Assembly (NCBI GenBank): GCA_037444405.1
Contig: JBBIML010000019.1
Span: forward strand, 1 to 59,266
Direction: 5' to 3'
Origin: Armatimonadota bacterium
GTDB taxonomy: Bacteria > Armatimonadota > Fimbriimonadia > Fimbriimonadales > GBS-DC
Length of the DNA: 59,266 nt
The position numbers and the translations under genes were made by a program. This document shows positions 1-14,157 of this stretch, piece after piece. Positions within the stretch are counted from its first letter, which is position 1. Each line of letters opens with the position of its first letter. The notes below the pieces were generated by a model. It was not told the DNA's origin. It searched no databases and worked only from the letters and a program-made list of their open reading frames with translations.

Positions 1-138
1 GTGCAGGGCTACAGCTGGCAAGAGATAGCCACCCTAACGGGCAAACCGGTAGGAACTTTAGCACCTGGTCTGGAGCGCGCTATCGATGTGGCTTGTGAAA
101 ATTTAAGCTACTCTCGAAAAAAAAAAAGCAATCATTGA
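1..138 (+). CDS. 3' end of a probable sigma-70/ECF sigma factor (region 4 HTH), truncated by the window edge
   Basis: Frame 1 reads VQGYSWQEIATLTGKPVGTLAPGLERA...KKKSNH*, matching the GxSxxEIAxxxGxxxGT pattern of region 4; stop TGA at 136-138. Confidence 0.55.
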   Translation: MQGYSWQEIATLTGKPVGTLAPGLERAIDVACENLSYSRKKKSNH

Positions 139-156
139 TTTTCACATACTTCTGAC

Positions 157-4154
<3,998 letters not shown>

Positions 4155-4169
4155 CGGGGGTGAGCCGAG

Positions 4170-4982
4170 TTGAGCCGACGCCATCTGTGGACGCTGTGCC
4201 TGCTGGCAGGAGCAGGGCTGACGCTGGGCATCTACCACAATCACCGCATGCATCGCGGTCAGCCCGACCCCGTCACGGCAATCGTGCGGGCGACCGTCAT
4301 CCCCGTGCAAACAGGGCTGCAAAACCTCACGGACGGCATCAGCGCACAGGTGCAAACGCTCACGCAGGCGCGACGCGCGATTCGCCAGCACGACCAGCTC
4401 AAAGCGGAGAACGCCCGCCTGCGCCTGCAACTGAGCCAGCTGGAGCAGCTCCAGCACGAGCATGCCGCGATGCAACGCCTGCTGCAGATCCGCGCCACCC
4501 TCACAGGCAACTGGATCGGCGCGCGCGTGATTGCGAACTACCCGCAGGCAGGTCAGCAGACGCTGATTATCGATAAAGGCACGCGCGACGGGATTCAGCC
4601 GGGCGCGCCGGTGCTGGTCGGGGACGGGCTGGTCGGCGTGGTGGTGCAGGCAGATTCGGCGCACGCCATCGTGCGCTTCATCACCGCGCCCCGAATCGCG
4701 GTCAGCGTCAAGGTGCTGAACGCCCAGAAAATAGCCACGGGCATCAGCGAAGGGCACGGCGAATCGACGCTCCTGCTCAACTTCCTGCCACCAGAAGCGA
4801 CCATCCAGCCCGGCGATAAAGTCGTCACCGCAGGGCTGGGCGGCAAATACCCGCCCAACATCCCTGTCGGCACCATCGAGCGCGTCTGGATCGACCGCCA
4901 GTATTCCGTCAAAAAAGCGACCGTGATTCCCGCTGTCGATTTCGGCACCCTCGACATCGTGCTGGTTCAGCAGGGGAACTAA
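4170..4982 (+). CDS. mreC: rod shape-determining protein MreC
   Basis: N-terminal TM, coiled coil (LKAENARLR), IDKGTRDGI, GDKVVTAGLGGKYP; follows mreB. Confidence 0.92.
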   Translation: MSRRHLWTLCLLAGAGLTLGIYHNHRMHRGQPDPVTAIVRATVIPVQTGLQNLTDGISAQVQTLTQARRAIRQHDQLKAENARLRLQLSQLEQLQHEHAAMQRLLQIRATLTGNWIGARVIANYPQAGQQTLIIDKGTRDGIQPGAPVLVGDGLVGVVVQADSAHAIVRFITAPRIAVSVKVLNAQKIATGISEGHGESTLLLNFLPPEATIQPGDKVVTAGLGGKYPPNIPVGTIERVWIDRQYSVKKATVIPAVDFGTLDIVLVQQGN

Positions 4983-5020
4983 CGGTCAATCTGGGGTAGA
5001 ATCGGTCGGGAGTGCGACAT

Positions 5021-5046
5021 GCCATCGTGCGCTTCATCACCGCGCC
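5021..5046 (+). repeat. 26-bp perfect direct repeat of mreC internal sequence 4665-4690
   Basis: gccatcgtgcgcttcatcaccgcgcc occurs at 4665-4690 and 5021-5046. Confidence 0.9.
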
Positions 5047-5104
5047 TGGATTGGGATAAAATGAGCGACGATGAGCGCACCGCTTTTGTTGCTGATCATA
5101 TCTG

Positions 5105-5641
5105 ATGTACGAACGAGTGCGACCATCATGGATTGCCCGGCTGGCGCTCTGGCGGGGTTGGGGAGCGACTCTGCGGGTGGCGCTGCTGCTATGGGTGGCG
5201 AGCGTGTTGCAGGGCGTGCTGGCGCCTGCCATCCGCATCGGGAGCGTCGCCCCCGATCTGCCCCTGCTGATGCTGGGCTGTCTGGCGCTGCGGCTGAACC
5301 CCTCCGCCGCCGCCACCGCTGGCTTCTTCGCCGGGCTACTGCATGCCAGCCAGATCGATCAAACTGTCGGCAGCTGGATTATCAGTCGCACGGTGGCGGC
5401 GTTCACCATCGCGTGGCTGCCTGCGATAGTGGATCGGCGCCGGCTGCTGAGCGTCTGCCTCGCCTGCGCGCTCGTTGTGCTGATAGCGAACGGGCTGATC
5501 TACCTCATCGCGCCCAGCATCGTCGGCTGGGAGTGGTGGCAAACGACGCTGGGTGTCATGGGGTATAATATATTGCTGGCGGCGCCCACCGCCTTCGCGC
5601 TCCAACGGGTGCTGCCACCGTATCAGGAGGAGATGGAATGA
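5105..5641 (+). CDS. mreD: rod shape-determining protein MreD-like membrane protein (start uncertain)
   Basis: Multi-TM protein with GSVAPDLPLL and GFFAGLL; follows mreC. Confidence 0.75.
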   Translation: MYERVRPSWIARLALWRGWGATLRVALLLWVASVLQGVLAPAIRIGSVAPDLPLLMLGCLALRLNPSAAATAGFFAGLLHASQIDQTVGSWIISRTVAAFTIAWLPAIVDRRRLLSVCLACALVVLIANGLIYLIAPSIVGWEWWQTTLGVMGYNILLAAPTAFALQRVLPPYQEEME

Positions 5642-5695
5642 GAACACGGGCAAAGAACGGTCAAACCAAACCAGCACAGAGGAGGAGCGACTGCG

Positions 5696-6976
5696 ATGGC
5701 GCAGACCATGCTCGCAGAAGAGCGTAAAACCGAAGAGCGTAGCGCGTATGCAATCGCCATACGCCAGTTAGAGGCGGCGGCGTATTACCTTAACCTGGAC
5801 CGCAGCCTGTTAGAAGTGTTGAAGCACCCTCGCCGCGAACTGATTGTGCATTTCCCGGTCAAGATGGATGACGGCTCCATTCGCGTCTTCACGGGTTATC
5901 GCGTGCATCACAATCCCGCGCGCGGTCCCGCCAAAGGCGGCATCCGCTATCATCCCGATGTCACGCTGGACGAGACGCGCGCGCTGGCGATGTGGATGAC
6001 CTGGAAGTGCGCGGTGGTCAACATTCCCTACAGTGGCGCCAAAGGCGGCGTGGTGTGCGACCCGAAACGGCTCTCCATCCATGAGCTGGAGAACCTCACT
6101 CGCCGCTACATCACCGAAATCTCCATCATGGTCGGTCCCGAATCGGACATCCCGGCGCCCGATATTGGCACCAACCCGCAGGTGATGGCGTGGATTATGG
6201 ACACCTACTCCATGCACAAGGGCTACACCGTGCCTGCGGTGGTGACGGGCAAGCCGGTGGCGATTGGCGGCTCCGAAGGGCGGCTGGAGGCGACGGGGCG
6301 CGGCGTCACGGTGGTCGCCCACGAGGCGGCTAAACTGCGCGGGTTCAACTTAGCAGGCGCCAGTGTGGTGATCCAGGGCTTCGGCAATGTCGGCTCGGCG
6401 ACGGCGAAGCTGATGCATCAGGCGGGCGCGAAGGTGATTGCTATCTCCGACGCGCGCGGCGGCATCTACAACCCGAACGGACTGGACATCCCCAGCCTGC
6501 TGCACTGCGCCGGGCGCGACGGCTGCATCCAGGCATATCGCGATGCGGACCACATCACCAACAGGGAACTGCTGGAGCTGCCATGCGATATTCTGGTGCC
6601 CGCCGCCATTCACGGCGTCATCACCTCCGAGAACGCGCCCAATATCAAGGCGAAGATTATCGTGGAAGCCGCCAACGGTCCCGTCACACCCGATGCCGAC
6701 CACATCCTGCAGGAGAATGGCGTGCTGGTGGTGCCCGATATTCTGGCGAACGCGGGCGGCGTGGTCGTCTCCTACTTCGAATGGGTGCAGGACCTGCAGG
6801 CGTTCTTCTGGGAAGAGGAAGAGGTTAACGCGCGCCTGGAGAAGGTGATGCGCCGCAGCTTCCAGCATGTGCTGCAGGTCGCGGAGCAGAACAAAGTCGA
6901 CCTCCGCATGGGGGCGTATATCATCGGTGTGCAGCGCGTGGCGGAAGCCACCACCATCCGCGGCATCTATCCGTGA
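5696..6976 (+). CDS. gdhA: Glu/Leu/Phe/Val dehydrogenase (glutamate dehydrogenase)
   Basis: [65 protein letters not shown]. Confidence 0.95.
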   Translation: MAQTMLAEERKTEERSAYAIAIRQLEAAAYYLNLDRSLLEVLKHPRRELIVHFPVKMDDGSIRVFTGYRVHHNPARGPAKGGIRYHPDVTLDETRALAMWMTWKCAVVNIPYSGAKGGVVCDPKRLSIHELENLTRRYITEISIMVGPESDIPAPDIGTNPQVMAWIMDTYSMHKGYTVPAVVTGKPVAIGGSEGRLEATGRGVTVVAHEAAKLRGFNLAGASVVIQGFGNVGSATAKLMHQAGAKVIAISDARGGIYNPNGLDIPSLLHCAGRDGCIQAYRDADHITNRELLELPCDILVPAAIHGVITSENAPNIKAKIIVEAANGPVTPDADHILQENGVLVVPDILANAGGVVVSYFEWVQDLQAFFWEEEEVNARLEKVMRRSFQHVLQVAEQNKVDLRMGAYIIGVQRVAEATTIRGIYP

Positions 6977-6989
6977 GCTTGCCGGGAGG

Positions 6990-7029
6990 TAGCCAGCCCC
7001 TTTCTGCTGTGAGGGAGAGGGGCTGGCTA
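6990..7029. repeat. inverted repeat after gdhA (terminator or REP-like)
   Basis: tagccagcccct ... aggggctggcta 12-bp stem. Confidence 0.6.
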
Positions 7030-7119
7030 ACTGCGCCTGTGACGGATGGGGCGGAAGGCGAGCCGCGGGTATAATCACGGCATCTGTTCGCCAGGCAGAG
7101 GGCGAAGAGGTGCATCGGA

Positions 7120-8004
7120 ATGGCGCAGGGGTCAGAGCGATTGCGGACGGGTCTGGTGCTGGGGGGTCTCGCGGCAGCGGGCGGGCTGCTCGCCGTTCTA
7201 ATCGACCCCATTGGCGTCGAACCGGTGCTGTTCATTGGGGGACTTTTCACGGGCGGGCTGGCGGCAGGGGTGCTGTTAGACGTGCTGATCGATTTTGTGC
7301 GCCGACGCCGATTGCCCCATATGTTGCCCCATTACCGTCGGGAGCATCTGCGCCTGCGCCAGTTAGCCCAGCAACTGCGCCAGAACCTCTGCCGACTCAC
7401 AGGCATCAAAAGCAACTACCCTGAGCTGGATGAGATTCTGCGGCGCGACGCCAATCTGCGCCATCGCGCCACCCTGCTGCGCATGGAGATTCTCAAGGAG
7501 GCGCGGCGCGGGCTGACATGGATCGATCACCTGCGCGCGGGGCTGGGACTGCTCGGCGAAGGCTACCCGATGACCACCGGGCGCATCGACCGCACCGAAT
7601 GGGTCTGGCGCGCCTACCGGGCGAAGCTGGAGCGCGAAGTGCAACACTTGGGGCGCAAGCTGGAACGCAACCGCAACCCCCATCTGGAGGAGCAGCTTGT
7701 GTTCGCCTATCGCCAGAAGGCGCGCGAGCTGGCCAGCTTCTACCAGCTGGAGACCACCCTCCAGCAGTTAGAAACCGAGATGGGCATCATCGTGACGGGA
7801 CTGGAAAGCATGCTGATGAAGACCCTCCAGCTGGGCACGGCAGTCGGCACACCTGCCGCTGCGAGCGTGTCCACCGATGAGCTATTAGAGCCACTGCGCC
7901 AGCAGTTGCGAGCATTCGAGCAGGCGATGCAGGAGATGCAGGCGATGGGGCGCGAAACCAGCCCGCCGTTCCTGCACCTCTCGCAGGGCACGCGCGAGCG
8001 ATGA
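7120..8004 (+). CDS. hypothetical protein, two N-terminal TM helices and coiled-coil C-terminus
   Basis: 294 aa ORF with genome-typical codon usage; GTATAAT upstream near 7070. Confidence 0.7.
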   Translation: MAQGSERLRTGLVLGGLAAAGGLLAVLIDPIGVEPVLFIGGLFTGGLAAGVLLDVLIDFVRRRRLPHMLPHYRREHLRLRQLAQQLRQNLCRLTGIKSNYPELDEILRRDANLRHRATLLRMEILKEARRGLTWIDHLRAGLGLLGEGYPMTTGRIDRTEWVWRAYRAKLEREVQHLGRKLERNRNPHLEEQLVFAYRQKARELASFYQLETTLQQLETEMGIIVTGLESMLMKTLQLGTAVGTPAAASVSTDELLEPLRQQLRAFEQAMQEMQAMGRETSPPFLHLSQGTRER

Positions 8005-8010
8005 GCGGCT

Positions 8011-9168
8011 TCAGCGCAGAGCGAACCGATTCAGCGCCCTGAGTCGCCGCTGCAGACCCGGATGAAGGCTTTTTTCGGGTGGCTTCCCGCGTAGCATGGC
8101 GACCTTCAGCAGGGCGCTCTGCATCGCGTCGGCGCCGTACTGACTAACAGCGAAGGTGTCGGCTTGAAGCTCGTGCCGCTGGCGCAGCCATAGCATCGGC
8201 GCCGCCATGCCCACCAATAGTAAAGCTAAAAGCGTCAGGTTCAGCCAGCAGGCGTACGCCTGCCAGAGCGGCGCCGTGCCGAGCATCAGCCCGACTGCCG
8301 CGCCTGTCTGCAGCAGCCACAACCGCCACAGCCGCCGCCGTTGCGCCAAATGAGCCACCTCATGCGCCAGCACCGCCAGCGCCTCGCGCTCCGTGAGATT
8401 CGCCAGCAGGTAGTCGGTGATGGCGATTCGCCCACCGCTGAGCGCGAAGGCGCCGGCGATTCGCGCACGCGAGCCGTCCAGCACCAGCAGCTCGCGCACT
8501 GGCACGCCCAGCTCGCGCCCCATTCGCTGCACTTCCGCTTGCAGATGCGCCCCGACGCTGAGCGCACGCACTGGCAACGGTAGCCCCCACCGCACATAAA
8601 GAACCGCGATTGCAATCCCCACGACGCCCGTCAGTCCCAGCAACAGCCCTTCCAGAGGCGATTCGGTCACGACACCTTGCAGCAGCGTCGTGACAGGCAA
8701 CCCCACCAGCCCGACCACCATCAGCGGCGCGAGCTGCTCGAACACCAGCCGCAGGCGCAGGTGGAGATACTCCCCGCGCGTGAGCGCCAGCCCCCGTTGC
8801 GCCCGCTCCAGCGGATAGAGCCGCCAGAAGAGCCAGCCGAACTCCGCCATTACCAGCGCGAAGCCGACCCAGAGCGCGAGCGCCCACTCCAGCGCATGGC
8901 GCGGCGCAAACGCAAGCAGAACCCCCAGCTTCAGACACACCGACAGCCATAATAACCCTTTGAGGCGCAACGCAAGCAGGCGATGCGAGGGTAGGCATCC
9001 CACCCGGAGCGCAATCAGCAGCGAACCGCCCATCAGTCCAATCAGCCAGCCCACAGAGGAGATTATCGGCAACCGTAGCCCGGGCATCCTGCCCATGACG
9101 CGCTCAACACTCCCTGAACCCCGCGTGCGGGCGAGGATACCGCAGGGTAAAATAAAGCGAGGAGGCAC
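8011..9168 (-). CDS. M48 (HtpX/Ste24) family membrane zinc metalloprotease; true start probably near 9096
   Basis: AVLAHEVAH, ELQAD, SLHP..RR and several TM segments. Confidence 0.8.
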   Translation of the reverse strand: MPPRFILPCGILARTRGSGSVERVMGRMPGLRLPIISSVGWLIGLMGGSLLIALRVGCLPSHRLLALRLKGLLWLSVCLKLGVLLAFAPRHALEWALALWVGFALVMAEFGWLFWRLYPLERAQRGLALTRGEYLHLRLRLVFEQLAPLMVVGLVGLPVTTLLQGVVTESPLEGLLLGLTGVVGIAIAVLYVRWGLPLPVRALSVGAHLQAEVQRMGRELGVPVRELLVLDGSRARIAGAFALSGGRIAITDYLLANLTEREALAVLAHEVAHLAQRRRLWRLWLLQTGAAVGLMLGTAPLWQAYACWLNLTLLALLLVGMAAPMLWLRQRHELQADTFAVSQYGADAMQSALLKVAMLRGKPPEKSLHPGLQRRLRALNRFALR

Positions 9169-9170
9169 CT

Positions 9171-9614
9171 ATGCAGCGGTCGGCAGGTCGGGTTCACTGG
9201 CTGGTGTGGCTCTTTCTGGGCGTCGCAGTGATTTTCCTGCTGGTGGCGCTGGCGCCTGTGATGGGCGAGATGCGCCGCCCGCCCTATCAGCGTGTCGCCG
9301 ATGAGTTCATTCGCGCACTGGCGAAAAATCAGTTCAAAGAGGCGGAACAGCTTGTCGATAAATCGGCTCTACCCGCAGAGAAGCAGGATATTAAAAAAGC
9401 GTGGCAGGAGCGCCAGCAGTATGGCTGGGGCATCGTCACCTCGGTGGAGCGGGTGGAGTCGGTGCAGGCGCCCGCCGAGCTGAAGCATCCCCGCATGAGC
9501 GACGCCTGGCGTATCCAGTACCATGTGCAGGGCGAGTTGAACTACGGCACGGCATTTGTCTATGTGGTACCTACCGATGGCGGCTGGAAGGTGGTCGATT
9601 TCGAGTTCCGCTGA
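9171..9614 (+). CDS. hypothetical membrane-anchored protein (NTF2/DUF4878-like)
   Basis: RBS GGAGG, N-terminal TM, C-terminal DGGWKVVDF. Confidence 0.6.
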   Translation: MQRSAGRVHWLVWLFLGVAVIFLLVALAPVMGEMRRPPYQRVADEFIRALAKNQFKEAEQLVDKSALPAEKQDIKKAWQERQQYGWGIVTSVERVESVQAPAELKHPRMSDAWRIQYHVQGELNYGTAFVYVVPTDGGWKVVDFEFR

Positions 9615-9620
9615 GCGTGT

Positions 9621-10388
9621 TCACAGCCGCCCGGTGGATGCCATCCGTAGAAACGCCTGCACCTGCGGATGGTCGCATGTGCGAATCGTGTCGGGCGTGC
9701 CGTCCAGCAGAATCTGACCCTCGTCCATCATCAAAATGCGTTCGGCGGTGCGGAACACGCTGACCACATCGTGCGAGACAATCACAGCGGTCAGCCCCAG
9801 CTCGCGGTTCAGGCGATGGATGAGCGTGTCGATCTGATATGCGTTCACGGGGTCCAGTCCGCTGGTTGGCTCATCGAACAGCACGATATGGGGGTCCAGG
9901 GCGAGGGCGCGTGCCAGCCCGACGCGCTTGCGCATCCCGCCCGACAGCTGCGACGGGTAGAGATGCTCCACGCCCTCCAGCCCCACCCATGCCAGCCGCT
10001 CGCGCACAATCCGCTCCACCTCCGCCCACTTCAACCGCCGATGGCGCACCAGCCCGAACGCCACATTCTCGAACACCGTCAGATAATCAAACAGCGCGGC
10101 GTACTGAAACACAATCCCCAGCTTGAGGCGCAGGGGCATGCGTTCCCGCTCGCTTAGATGCCCGATTTCCGTGCCCTCGATATACACCTCGCCGCTGGTT
10201 GGGCGCAGCAGCCCCGCGATGCACTTGAGCAGGGTGGTCTTGCCGCAGCCCGACGGTCCCATCACCGCCACAATCTCGCCGGGCGCAACCTGCAGATCGA
10301 TGCCCTTCAGAATCGGGCGCCCGTTCACCGTGTAGGCGAGCTGGCGCAGCTCAATCGCGGGAACGATGGCTTGCTCTTTTGTGCCCAT
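9621..10388 (-). CDS. mlaF: MlaF-like ABC transporter ATP-binding protein
   Basis: GPSGCGKT, FQYAALFD, LSGGMRKRVGLARA, DEPTSGLDP; ATG at 10388 overlaps the mlaE stop. Confidence 0.88.
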   Translation of the reverse strand: MGTKEQAIVPAIELRQLAYTVNGRPILKGIDLQVAPGEIVAVMGPSGCGKTTLLKCIAGLLRPTSGEVYIEGTEIGHLSERERMPLRLKLGIVFQYAALFDYLTVFENVAFGLVRHRRLKWAEVERIVRERLAWVGLEGVEHLYPSQLSGGMRKRVGLARALALDPHIVLFDEPTSGLDPVNAYQIDTLIHRLNRELGLTAVIVSHDVVSVFRTAERILMMDEGQILLDGTPDTIRTCDHPQVQAFLRMASTGRL

Positions 10389-11215
10389 CACCGTTTGGCG
10401 AACAGCGCGTCGGCGAGGAAGTAGTTGGCGACGAAGATCAGCACCATCGACAGCACGACGGCGCGCGTGGTGGCGTGTCCGACGCCCGCCGCGCCTCCTC
10501 GTGCCCCAAGCCCCTGCTGACAGCACACCATAATCACAATCACGGCGAACACCACCGTCTTGATAAGTCCGCCAATCAGATCGAACGGCTCGGTGAACAG
10601 TTGCACGGAGCGGAAGTAGACAGTTGCCGGCACATTCAGCGCGCTGGCGACCGCCAGACCGCCCAGCACGCCCGCGAAGTTCGCCACCACGCCCAGCAGA
10701 GGGAACATCACGAGGCTCGCCAGCAGGCGCGGCACCACCAGGTACTGAATCGGGCTGACCCCCAGCGCCCGCAGCGCGTCGATCTGCTCGGTGATTTTCA
10801 TCGTGCCGAGCTGGGCGGCAATCGCCGAGCCGCAGCGGGCGGTGATCATGATGCCCGTGAGGATGGGCGCAATCTCGCGGGTCATCGCCACGCTGAGCGC
10901 GCCGCCCACAAAGCCGCTCCCGCCTACCCGCAACAGCAGGGAGGTGCTGTAGAGGGTGATCACAGCGCCTGCCAGACTGCTGGTGAGCGCGACAATCGGC
11001 ACGGAGGTCGCGCCGATGAACGCCATCTGGTGCAGGCATTCGCGCCCCTCCAGCCGACCCAGCAGCAGCCCGCGCAGGGTGGCAATCAGCAGCAGCCAGA
11101 GCGCGCCGATGAACTCCAGCGTCGCCCGCAACGGCGAGGGCTTCTCCGATACGCCCTCGTCCGTCCACACCAGCTCCTCACGCATCGAATGGAGTGTACC
11201 TGCTCGACACAGCAA
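10388..11215 (-). CDS. mlaE: MlaE-family ABC permease (start probably near 11185)
   Basis: REIAPILTG, GTMKITEQIDALRALG, YLVVPR, GVGHATTRAVV. Confidence 0.9.
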   Translation of the reverse strand: MLCRAGTLHSMREELVWTDEGVSEKPSPLRATLEFIGALWLLLIATLRGLLLGRLEGRECLHQMAFIGATSVPIVALTSSLAGAVITLYSTSLLLRVGGSGFVGGALSVAMTREIAPILTGIMITARCGSAIAAQLGTMKITEQIDALRALGVSPIQYLVVPRLLASLVMFPLLGVVANFAGVLGGLAVASALNVPATVYFRSVQLFTEPFDLIGGLIKTVVFAVIVIMVCCQQGLGARGGAAGVGHATTRAVVLSMVLIFVANYFLADALFAKR

Positions 11216-11242
11216 GCCAGATGAGTGGAGAGTTGCCTGAAA

Positions 11243-11272
11243 GGGGTTCCCCTCCAGAGTGAGGGGAACCCC
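11243..11272 (-). terminator. intrinsic terminator-like hairpin after the PEP-CTERM gene
   Basis: ggggttcccctc-cagagt-gaggggaacccc 12-bp stem followed by TTT on the minus strand. Confidence 0.6.
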
Positions 11273-11295
11273 AGAGGTAAGACTGCAGCGGGGTT

Positions 11296-12171
11296 TCAGC
11301 GGCGCCTGCGACGGAGCGTGAGACCAGCCAGCCCCACACCGAGAATCAGCAGCGAGGCAGGCTCGGGCACGAAGGTGAACTCGCTGAGCTGGATCGTGTT
11401 CCAGCCCTGAAAGCCCGAGTTCGTCAGCGCCTGCATGATTTTCTGCTTCTCACGGGCGGGATCAATCTGCCCCAGCTTGGTGATGTCCTGTGGGTCGCCG
11501 CCGTCCAGCCGCCAGGAGAAACCTGCAAGTTTTACAAACTCCTGCTGCCCGGGTGTTATCGTGTTGCTGCCGTGTCGAACCGCCACAAGGAAGGTTTTGA
11601 ACAGCACATGCTCCCCCGCAGCCGTGCCCGGTGCATCCTCAAAGCGGCTGTCCACACCTTCGGTGTGCCAGTTGCCGAAATCAAAGGGACCACCGAACCC
11701 TGCATCGTCCTCATAGTACGGCGAGTTGTCAGCAGGCTCATCCTCGTCGTTATTGTCGCCGTCGTTGTTGTAGTCCCAGCCGCCACGCGGAGGGTCGGTA
11801 TAGGGCACCGGCGGCTGAATCGAAGGCGTGTTCGGGTTATTGTCGTGATCGGTGGGCGGTCGGTTCGGGTCGGTATCCTCGTTGATAATCTGGAACCAGC
11901 GGAAGTCGTAAGTGTTGTCCAGGAAGCCCCAGCCGCCTGCAAAGGTGAACCGGGCGGTCATAAACTCGTCGTTGCCAGTGCCGTCATTCATGACGGTCCA
12001 CCGCAGGGTCCCGATCAGAACGGGATTCTGTTGCCCCTGCATGCGAACCCGAATGTCCACCTGGGCACCTGCTATCAGGGGGCTGGCTGCTATCATCAGC
12101 AGCGCCAGCGGCGCGATATACGCACGCGCTCTCTGCGACCACTCCATCAAACGCCGAATCGCACGCATCAT
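11296..12171 (-). CDS. PEP-CTERM sorting-domain surface protein
   Basis: Signal peptide and C-terminal VPEPASLLILGVGLAGLTLRRRRR; ATG at 12171 after GGAGG. Confidence 0.9.
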   Translation of the reverse strand: MMRAIRRLMEWSQRARAYIAPLALLMIAASPLIAGAQVDIRVRMQGQQNPVLIGTLRWTVMNDGTGNDEFMTARFTFAGGWGFLDNTYDFRWFQIINEDTDPNRPPTDHDNNPNTPSIQPPVPYTDPPRGGWDYNNDGDNNDEDEPADNSPYYEDDAGFGGPFDFGNWHTEGVDSRFEDAPGTAAGEHVLFKTFLVAVRHGSNTITPGQQEFVKLAGFSWRLDGGDPQDITKLGQIDPAREKQKIMQALTNSGFQGWNTIQLSEFTFVPEPASLLILGVGLAGLTLRRRRR

Positions 12172-12364
12172 ACAGCCTCCTTTCCCCTGTGGGGAGTGGT
12201 TTAGAAGATGCGAAAACAGAAAAAAAATTGTCCATTTCCGCATCCCCACCCTATTATACCACATATTTTCATGAAAACCATCGGACTCAGCAAAAGTGAT
12301 GCGATTCTGGCAAAACGGCGGCGTGACGGCAGGAAAGCCCGGTGTTGTGGGGAACGAAGAAGCC

Positions 12365-13372
12365 ATGCAACAGCGTCGCTTACCGGAGCCGAAGGTGCAG
12401 CAGTTGCCGCGCTGGCGCGGGTTCAATCTGCAGAACAAGTTCCATCGCGATTGGCGCAACGGTCGCTTTGAGGAGCGCGACTTCGAGTGGATTGCCGAGC
12501 TGGGCTTCAATTTTGTGCGCCTGCCGATGGACTATCGCGTCTGGACCGATTCAGAGAACCTCTATCGCCTGCGCGAGGAGGTGCTGCGCGAGATCGACGA
12601 GGCGGTGCGCTTCGGCGAGAAGCATCGCATCCATGTGCAGATTAACTTCCACCGTGCGCCGGGCTACACCGTCGCCTCGCCGCCAGAGCCGTTCAATCTC
12701 TGGCGGGACGAGGAGGCGCAGAAGCTCTGTGCGCACCACTGGGCGCAGTTCGCTCGCCGCTATCAGGGCATCCCGAATCGGCAGCTGAGCTTCAATCTGT
12801 TCAACGAGCCTTCGCTGGTGGACGCCCAGAGCCATCGGCGCGTGGTGGAGCGCGTGCTGGAAGCGATTCGGAAGGAAGACGCCCAGCGGCTGGTCATCTG
12901 TGATGGGCGCGACTGGGGACTGACGCCCGCCGACGAGCTAATCGATCTCAAAGTGGCGCAGGCGACGCGCGGCTACCAGCCCTTCCGACTCACCCACTAC
13001 AAAGCCAGCTGGGTGCGGGGTTCCGACCGATGGGAGCCACCCACCGAATATCCGCTGCGCGAGGGCGAAACGGTGTGGGACCGACAACGCCTGTGGGAAG
13101 CGTTCTATGCCCGCTGGAAACAGCTGGAGCAGAAAGGCGTGGGCGTGATGGTCGGCGAGTTCGGCGCGTACAATCAGACGCCCCATCGCGTGGTGCTGGC
13201 ATGGATGCGCGACCTGCTCGCGCTCTTCAAGCAGGCGGGCTGGGGCTGGGCGCTCTGGGAGTTCCGCGGCGCGTTCGGAATCTTAGATAGCGGGCGTGCC
13301 GATGTCGCCTATGAATCCTGGCGCGGACACAAGCTCGACCGCGAAATGCTCCAGCTGCTGCAGGCAGGATAA
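12365..13372 (+). CDS. glycoside hydrolase family 5 (cellulase-like)
   Basis: WRGFNL, GFNFVRLP, NLFNEP (acid/base), VGEFG (nucleophile), WALWEFRGAFG. Confidence 0.88.
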   Translation: MQQRRLPEPKVQQLPRWRGFNLQNKFHRDWRNGRFEERDFEWIAELGFNFVRLPMDYRVWTDSENLYRLREEVLREIDEAVRFGEKHRIHVQINFHRAPGYTVASPPEPFNLWRDEEAQKLCAHHWAQFARRYQGIPNRQLSFNLFNEPSLVDAQSHRRVVERVLEAIRKEDAQRLVICDGRDWGLTPADELIDLKVAQATRGYQPFRLTHYKASWVRGSDRWEPPTEYPLREGETVWDRQRLWEAFYARWKQLEQKGVGVMVGEFGAYNQTPHRVVLAWMRDLLALFKQAGWGWALWEFRGAFGILDSGRADVAYESWRGHKLDREMLQLLQAG

Positions 13373-13404
13373 CCCCCGCCGTCGAGTATAAATATAGAAC
13401 GGCG

Positions 13405-14157
13405 ATGACGACAACCAACGGCGCAACGGAATATGTGGTGCGCGTGCGCGATGTGGTCAAAGAGTATCAGATGGGCAAGTTGACCGCGCGCGCGCTCGAC
13501 GGCGTGACCCTCGACATCTACCGGGGCGAGTATCTCTCGATTATGGGACCCTCTGGCTCCGGCAAAAGCACGCTGTTTAACATGATTGGCGGGCTGGACA
13601 AGCCCACCAGCGGCTCGGTGTTCATCGACGATGTGGACATGGCGCAGCTCGACCCGCAGGAGCTGGCGTTCCTGCGCTGCCACCGCATCGGCTATATCTT
13701 TCAGACCTTCAATCTTATCCCCGTGATGACCGCGCTGGAGAATGTGACGCTGCCGATGATTTTTGCGGGCGTGCCCGCGGATGAAGCTCGCGAGCGCGGC
13801 ATCGAACTGCTCACGAAGGTCGGACTGGGCGGACGCCTGCAGCACAAACCCACCGAGCTGTCAGGCGGTCAGCAGCAGCGTGTCGCGATTGCCCGCGCCC
13901 TCGCCAATAACCCCTCCATTATCCTGGCGGACGAGCCGACAGGCAACCTCGACCTGCGCACGGGCAAGGCGATTATCGAACTGCTCAAACGCCTGAACGA
14001 AGAGAGCGGCGTCACCATCATCTCCGCCACGCACGACCTGAAGATGCTCGACATCTCCGACCGTATCGTGTGGATTCGGGACGGCAAGATCGAGCGCATC
14101 GAGAAGCGCAGCGAGCTGACGCTGAAGGTCGGCGAGGTGGAGGGGGAGGCGGGCTGA
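13405..14157 (+). CDS. LolD/MacB-type ABC transporter ATP-binding protein
   Basis: GPSGSGKST, LSGGQQQRVAIARAL, ILADEPTGNLD. Confidence 0.9.
   Translation: MTTTNGATEYVVRVRDVVKEYQMGKLTARALDGVTLDIYRGEYLSIMGPSGSGKSTLFNMIGGLDKPTSGSVFIDDVDMAQLDPQELAFLRCHRIGYIFQTFNLIPVMTALENVTLPMIFAGVPADEARERGIELLTKVGLGGRLQHKPTELSGGQQQRVAIARALANNPSIILADEPTGNLDLRTGKAIIELLKRLNEESGVTIISATHDLKMLDISDRIVWIRDGKIERIEKRSELTLKVGEVEGEAG

Noticed and set aside
10389..11168. Long N-terminal extension of the ABC ATPase in the ORF track
   Set aside because: Overlaps mlaE in another frame; the plausible start is ATG 10388
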